64,000 nt of DNA from Candidatus Krumholzibacteriia bacterium (GTDB lineage Bacteria; Krumholzibacteriota; Krumholzibacteriia; WVZY01; JAKEHA01): positions 1,621 to 65,620 of the forward strand of contig JAOUHG010000004.1 in the NCBI GenBank assembly GCA_029865265.1. Direction: 5' to 3'. The notes beneath the pieces were generated by a model. That model was not told the DNA's origin and ran no database searches. It saw only the letters and a list, made by a program, of their open reading frames with translations. Each line of letters opens with the position of its first letter. The first letter of the stretch is position 1. Of this stretch, positions 60,501 through 64,000 are shown one piece after another. Position numbers and translations under genes: made by a program.

Positions 60501-60931
60501 CGACCGATGACGAGACGGCGTTGTCCATCCAGTCGCTGGACGGTTCGGTGGCCGCCGCGGCCTGGCCGGTTTCGCGCGGGGATCTGGCGCGCACCGGGCG
60601 CTCCTCGGGTGGATCCGCACCGGCCACGTCGAGCGCCCCCTACGATGCCGGATCGTTTATCATCTACCCCAACCCGGTCACCGGCGACGAGGTGCACGCC
60701 CGGGTAGCGACCAACACCCGTGCCACGGTGCAGTTGTCCGTCTACACGGTGGAAGGCCAGGAGGCGCTCACGAGGTCGTTCGAGGTCAATCCGAACGGTC
60801 TGCCGGACACGCCCTTCGACGAAGTGATCAACGTGGCCGCGCTCAAGAGCGGTGTCTACCTGCTTCGCCTCAAGATCGACGGCGACAGCGGTAGTGGATC
60901 GCTGGTCAAGACGTTCGCGATCCGGCGTTGA
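57539..60931 (+). CDS. M6 (immune-inhibitor-A)-like domain protein lacking HEXXH, with FG-GAP/VCBS repeats and T9SS C-terminal domain
   Basis: The start is uncertain (TTG at 57539 or 57578). Signal peptide: RRLPRLAGLCLIVSALAAS. M6-like: LRVLAFQVQFQD, VFIIHAGAGQETD. FQIGS sits where HEXXH is expected. FG-GAP repeats: DLDGAGDAEIVV, DLDGNPGDEIVA, VTGDGRPEVVI, GDVDGDNDDEIVV, GDVDGDGALEIAL, DIDGNGAVDVLF. C-terminus: IIYPNPVTGDEV...GVYLLRL...KTFAIRR. Confidence 0.75.
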   Translation: MQVVHHTKRSPYVLSFSTRRLPRLAGLCLIVSALAASPSSGGRQVPAYRSPDRPGQIRPVAPVTSNGALNVYQRDRLRSLVTPAAAVRDDTLRVLAFQVQFQDTLMGGQPGSNRPLRDTTWFSNELEHMAQYFRGASRGHLQVAWTIDDSLYTLPQKMSYYGSDTFEDQRVVELAQTVIDQADARNNFAAYDHVFIIHAGAGQETDIGGDSPIQIWSSFYDIGDIRSAQDDPASPGLATGDQVAGDPFFVDNFAIVPSHASQDFATVGTLGIWSFQIGSRVGLVPTFDSTPGGVPDSQGVGAFCLMGYGLFNVNGFVPGFPCAFNRVIAGWLDPVVIDADPAAATVRLADINTGAETDTLCIRVPITEGEYYLVVNRVHDANFDSLFTFGDADSNLIPNNTDSLEGAEFDFFLTDLTNPYLYRYSPAYGFDVLLRHTGSGIYIWHVDERVVSDAVTSGFLPDDYVARKGIDLEEADGVQDLDRLGSAAFSLGSYFDSYRTGEGNETVLGSSTQPASVSNSGVATGIAIETLSPAGSFMRVNVQREISYTEVRARWDASSPSQPASVVDLDGAGDAEIVVLSDDVGVFVFKPDGSEWVDGDANPATVDPYIAAPGVSWAGPPAFADLDGNPGDEIVATALGGRVYAWTYTGSELVDGDGDPGTQGVLYQGQPMLTPPMLVDVTGDGRPEVVITERVGGGARMSFVDATGAVVAPAAADIAPLWPLSLPAQRVKALALSRVTDSGTETFGVVAACTDTIALRTFVAWTPAARAGAALAAPPVAWSSTLVNGGKPADVVPSAPAAGDVDGDNDDEIVVALADGRVFVLDPLGAMSDALSSRQTGQLRAAAPSDPVLGDVDGDGALEIALWDSEYMYILKSNARTMIEWPVVIRPEADGEAPVIDPDRQMESALVADIDGNGAVDVLFPLDDGTLVAVGVSGAKVRSFPRVGPSDMGTAPSLAQVSSGVWSLVSLGSNALFAGLDAINDEVTTDDETALSIQSLDGSVAAAAWPVSRGDLARTGRSSGGSAPATSSAPYDAGSFIIYPNPVTGDEVHARVATNTRATVQLSVYTVEGQEALTRSFEVNPNGLPDTPFDEVINVAALKSGVYLLRLKIDGDSGSGSLVKTFAIRR

Positions 60932-60957
60932 AGCGAGTGCGGACGAGTCAAGGAGTC

Positions 60958-61875
60958 ATGAACATGCGCTGGCAACACATTCTGATATCCGCCCTCATTG
61001 TGGCCATGCCCGCGGCGGGGCGCGCGGCCGACCCTGGTTCGGCGGGGGCGCTGTTTCTGCGCATCGGCGTGGGCGCGCGCGCGTCGGCCATGGGTGAGGC
61101 CTACACCGCGGTGGCGGAAGACGCGTCCTCCGTGTTCTGGAACCCGGGCGCAATGGCGCCGGTGCTGGGGACGAAGGTCACGCTGGCGCACGTGGAGTAT
61201 TTCCAGACCATCCGTCTGGAGCAGGCTGCGGTGACCCACGAAACCGAGTTCGGCACGCTGGGTTTTCTGTTCACCGGCATGTTCATGGACGACATGGACC
61301 GTTATGACGTCGACCCCAGTGCGGTGCCGCTGGGCACCTTCGGCGCCTACGACATGTCGTTTGCGGTGGCGTACGCGCGTTACATCGTACCCAATACGTC
61401 AATCGGGGTCTCGCTCAAGTCTGTCTACCAGCGCATCGACGAGCTGTCCGCCACCGGCTTCGCGGTGGACGCGGGCATCTACCACACCTCCAAGATCCGC
61501 GGTGTCAAGCTGGCGGCGGTGGCCGGCAACCTGGGCACGCCGATGAACTTCGATACCGAGGAGTACGCGCTGCCGCGCTACGTCAAGGTGGGGGCCAGCT
61601 ACGAGCGTGAAGTGGCGAGTATCGAGGGGCGGGTGCTGTTCACCTTCGACGCCATGTTCCCCAACGACGACGACTGGCGCCAGCACATCGGCGCCGAGTA
61701 TTCGTATCGCAGGCTGCTGGCGCTGCGCGCGGGCTACAAGGCGGGCTACGATTCGCAGGGGGCTACGTTCGGCTTCGGCGTCAACTATCGCGAGCTGTCG
61801 CTGGACTACGCGTTCCTGCCCATCGGCAACGACCTCGGCGACAACCACCGCTTCGGGCTCGGGTTCAACTTCTAG
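60958..61875 (+). CDS. PorV/PorQ-family outer-membrane beta-barrel (T9SS-associated)
   Basis: AAGGAG precedes the ATG. After a signal peptide comes GSAGALFLRIGVGARASAMGEAYTAVAEDASSVFWNPGAMA. The C-terminus is HRFGLGFNF. Confidence 0.75.
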   Translation: MNMRWQHILISALIVAMPAAGRAADPGSAGALFLRIGVGARASAMGEAYTAVAEDASSVFWNPGAMAPVLGTKVTLAHVEYFQTIRLEQAAVTHETEFGTLGFLFTGMFMDDMDRYDVDPSAVPLGTFGAYDMSFAVAYARYIVPNTSIGVSLKSVYQRIDELSATGFAVDAGIYHTSKIRGVKLAAVAGNLGTPMNFDTEEYALPRYVKVGASYEREVASIEGRVLFTFDAMFPNDDDWRQHIGAEYSYRRLLALRAGYKAGYDSQGATFGFGVNYRELSLDYAFLPIGNDLGDNHRFGLGFNF

Positions 61876-62626
61876 TCGTCTCGAGCCGCAGCCTTCCGTT
61901 GCTGAGCCTTCCGTACGTGAAGTGCTCCAGCCAGTCTCCCACGATCATGAACTCGTGGCCGTCGCGCGTCACGTGCATGGGGTAGTGCACGTGTCCCATC
62001 ACGAAGGCATCATTCCCGCGCGCAAAGAAACTCTGCCAGGCATGCCCCTCCACCGCGCGCGCGCGCTTCTCCTGGGGAACACTGAAATACTGGCGGCTGC
62101 CGTGGGCGACGCCGCGCGCAATCGCGTCCAACAGGTCGGGGTGAATCCAGCGCGACGCGCCGATCACCGCGCGGTTGCGGATGACGCTCTTGAGCATCTT
62201 GTAGCCGTAGTCGCGGGGCATCACCAGGTCGCCGTGGGCCAGCACCAGCTTGCGGCCCTGCGCCGCGATGCGGATCTCCTCGTGGTGGACGGTGATGCCG
62301 AGGTCGTGCGTGAAGAAGCTGCCCACCCAGTGGTCGTGGTTGCCGCCCAGGAAGTGCACGTCGACCCTGCGCCCCCGGCAGCGGTCCAGGGCCTCGTAGA
62401 TGTCCAGGTAGCGGCGGCTCACCACCGAACGGTACTCGAAGTAGAAGTCGAAGATGTCGCCCAGCAGAACCAGAAAGGTCCCCGGGGCGAGCGAGTCGAG
62501 GAAGCGCAGGAAGCGATCGCGCCGTTCGGCCTCCCCGGGGAGGTCCCGGTCGCGGAAATGCGTATCCGCCACCACCCTGATATCGGTGGCGGCGACGGGC
62601 CGGAAATCGATGGGGCCGTTGCGCAT
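61865..62626 (-). CDS. lpxH: LpxH-like UDP-2,3-diacylglucosamine diphosphatase (calcineurin-type metallophosphoesterase)
   Basis: VVADTHF, LLGDIFDFYFEY, LGGNHDHW and VMGHVH are present. Only the last 253 codons of ORF 61865..63928 look real. The 3' end overlaps PorV by 11 nt (convergent genes). Confidence 0.65.
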   Translation of the reverse strand: MRNGPIDFRPVAATDIRVVADTHFRDRDLPGEAERRDRFLRFLDSLAPGTFLVLLGDIFDFYFEYRSVVSRRYLDIYEALDRCRGRRVDVHFLGGNHDHWVGSFFTHDLGITVHHEEIRIAAQGRKLVLAHGDLVMPRDYGYKMLKSVIRNRAVIGASRWIHPDLLDAIARGVAHGSRQYFSVPQEKRARAVEGHAWQSFFARGNDAFVMGHVHYPMHVTRDGHEFMIVGDWLEHFTYGRLSNGRLRLETTRS

Positions 62627-62872
62627 AGCAGCTTGCCGGCGCGCTCCGGGCCGGCCCCGGGGATCGCGGCGGACAGGCGGACATGATGACCCAACGCGGG
62701 CGGGCTGACAACCTCTTTGATCATAGCCGTTTGCACAGAGGAACTCCGCACCCCTCCACCGCGTACAAAGGGGGTGACCAAGAGGCGGGTGTCCGGGCCG
62801 CGTGGCCCGAAACTTGTTACAAAGTAAGCTGGTTGCCCGCGCCGGCGGAGTGGGGACGGGGAAAGTAAGAGG

Positions 62873-62901
62873 TTGACACGGCGCCGATTCCGGGGTAGAC
62901 T
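62873..62901 (+). promoter_or_regulatory. Sigma70-like promoter upstream of htrA
   Basis: TTGACA, a 17-nt spacer, then TAGACT. This implies a ~185-nt leader before the ATG at 63092. Confidence 0.4.
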
Positions 62902-63091
62902 TTGGGTGCACTGGTCGAGAGTGCATCAAACCTTCGAGAATCTGCTCTTCAGCCAAGACCCCCTGCCACAGCTCCGGGTTGGACGACCGACATCGTCCGC
63001 GAACAACGAATGTCCGCGCCGCGGGGAACCGCGTGCGGCGGGACGGCGCGCCGGGTGGCTGCGCCGCAAACCACGGGAGACGACAAGAACG

Positions 63092-64000
63092 ATGAATCTC
63101 AACTCCTTCGCACGTGTAGTGGGCCTTTCTGTGGGCATGGTGGCGGTCGCGGCGGGCGCGACGCCGGTGGCGGCGGCGCCGGCCGATCGCAGCGCGACGG
63201 TGCGCGCTGACGGTTCTTCGGTGTTCGCGGACGTGGCTGAAAAGGTTCGCCCGGCGGTGGTATTCATCAGAACCGAACGCGCCTTCCGGTCCGAGCGCGG
63301 GCAGCAGAACGAAGCCCCCTTCGACTTCTTCCGCGAGTTCTTCCCGGACGGTGAGCAACGCCAGCGCAACCGGCGCGTGCCGGGCGGCGGGTCCGGTTTC
63401 GTATTTGACGACGAGGGACGGATCCTGACCAACTACCACGTGATCCGCGATGCCGACAAGATCACGGTCATGCTCGATCACAACGATGACGACGACAGCG
63501 TGGGCGAGGAGTACGAGGCGCGCGTGGTTGGCTTCGACCGCCACACCGACATCGCGATCATCCAGGTCGACGGGCCTAAACACCTGCCTAAGGTCAAGCT
63601 GGGCGACTCCGACGCGATGCGCGTGGGTGACTGGGTGATGGCCATCGGAACGCCGTTCGGCCAGCTGCAGGGAACGGTGACGGTGGGTATCGTGAGCGCC
63701 AAGGGGCGCAGCGATCTGAACATCGTCGGCGGCGACGCGACGTACCAGAATTACATCCAGACCGACGCGTCCATCAACTTCGGCAACAGCGGCGGCCCGC
63801 TGGTGAACCTCGACGGCGAGGCGATCGGCATCAACACCGCCATCAACCCGTCCGGGCAGGGCATCGGCTTCGCGATCCCCATCAACATGGCCAAGAACAT
63901 CATGGCCGAACTGATCGCGAGCGGGCACGTCAGGTACGGGTACCTGGGCATCGTCCTCCAGGAGCTGGACGAGGAGCTGGCCTCGGGCATGGGCCTGGAC
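63092..64000 (+). CDS. htrA: HtrA/DegP-family periplasmic serine endoprotease (3' partial, runs off window end)
   Basis: Not in the ORF track because it has no stop in the window. My translation from the ATG at 63092 gives a signal peptide, then GSGFVFDDEGRILTNYHV (His), HTDIAIIQV (Asp) and TDASINFGNSGGPLVN (Ser). Confidence 0.9.
   Translation, partial: MNLNSFARVVGLSVGMVAVAAGATPVAAAPADRSATVRADGSSVFADVAEKVRPAVVFIRTERAFRSERGQQNEAPFDFFREFFPDGEQRQRNRRVPGGGSGFVFDDEGRILTNYHVIRDADKITVMLDHNDDDDSVGEEYEARVVGFDRHTDIAIIQVDGPKHLPKVKLGDSDAMRVGDWVMAIGTPFGQLQGTVTVGIVSAKGRSDLNIVGGDATYQNYIQTDASINFGNSGGPLVNLDGEAIGINTAINPSGQGIGFAIPINMAKNIMAELIASGHVRYGYLGIVLQELDEELASGMGLD

Noticed and set aside
61865-63928. A 687-aa ORF on the minus strand, considered as a single gene.
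   Set aside because: Only the C-terminal 253 aa (from MRNGPIDF at 62626) show metallophosphoesterase motifs. The remainder is antisense to htrA and to the intergenic region.

Overview
High-GC bacterial chromosomal DNA, densely coding on both strands: about 50 credible protein genes and one tRNA. No rRNA, CRISPR array or intact transposase is visible. Four secreted proteins end in the NPFNP-type FlgD-Ig/T9SS C-terminal sorting domain, and a PorV/PorQ-like barrel is present. The source is therefore probably an uncultivated FCB-superphylum bacterium (inference only). Housekeeping genes: feoB (5' partial), a PfkA-type phosphofructokinase, pepD, gdhA, eno, ftsB, initiator tRNA-Met, rlmN, an lpxH-like gene and htrA (3' partial). 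Five regions stand out. (1) 17.4-23.7 kb holds a compact cluster: a membrane-anchored, lysine-less GcvH-fold protein, a 4x[4Fe-4S] NrfC/HybA-like protein, an NrfD-like membrane protein, a histidine kinase with periplasmic c-heme motifs, a sigma54 response regulator and an archaemetzincin. (2) 49.7-61.9 kb holds two sigma54 enhancer-binding proteins. They are followed by an ~800-bp gene-free, AT-richer spacer with two consensus sigma54 promoters and a strongly structured RNA-like element. Downstream lie an FN3 lipoprotein, a DUF4384 protein, a 1130-aa M6-like protein whose HEXXH appears replaced by FQIGS (FG-GAP repeats plus T9SS tail), and PorV. (3) 34.5-39.9 kb is a degenerate ~5.4-kb integrated element in the 3' end of tRNA-fMet, bounded by a 13-bp direct repeat. 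It carries a D5/P4-type helicase, a Dam-like methylase and a ParB-like nuclease, but no intact recombinase. (4) A response-regulator/PPDK-N (PEP/pyruvate-binding) fusion protein. (5) A 1574-aa C25 (gingipain-like) peptidase fused to FG-GAP repeats. Many long ORFs in the track are antisense or frame-shadow artefacts of the high GC content and were not called. Coordinates follow the ORF track, with start codons re-chosen where an internal start gives a signal peptide or RBS. All functional calls rest on motifs read by eye; no searches were run.
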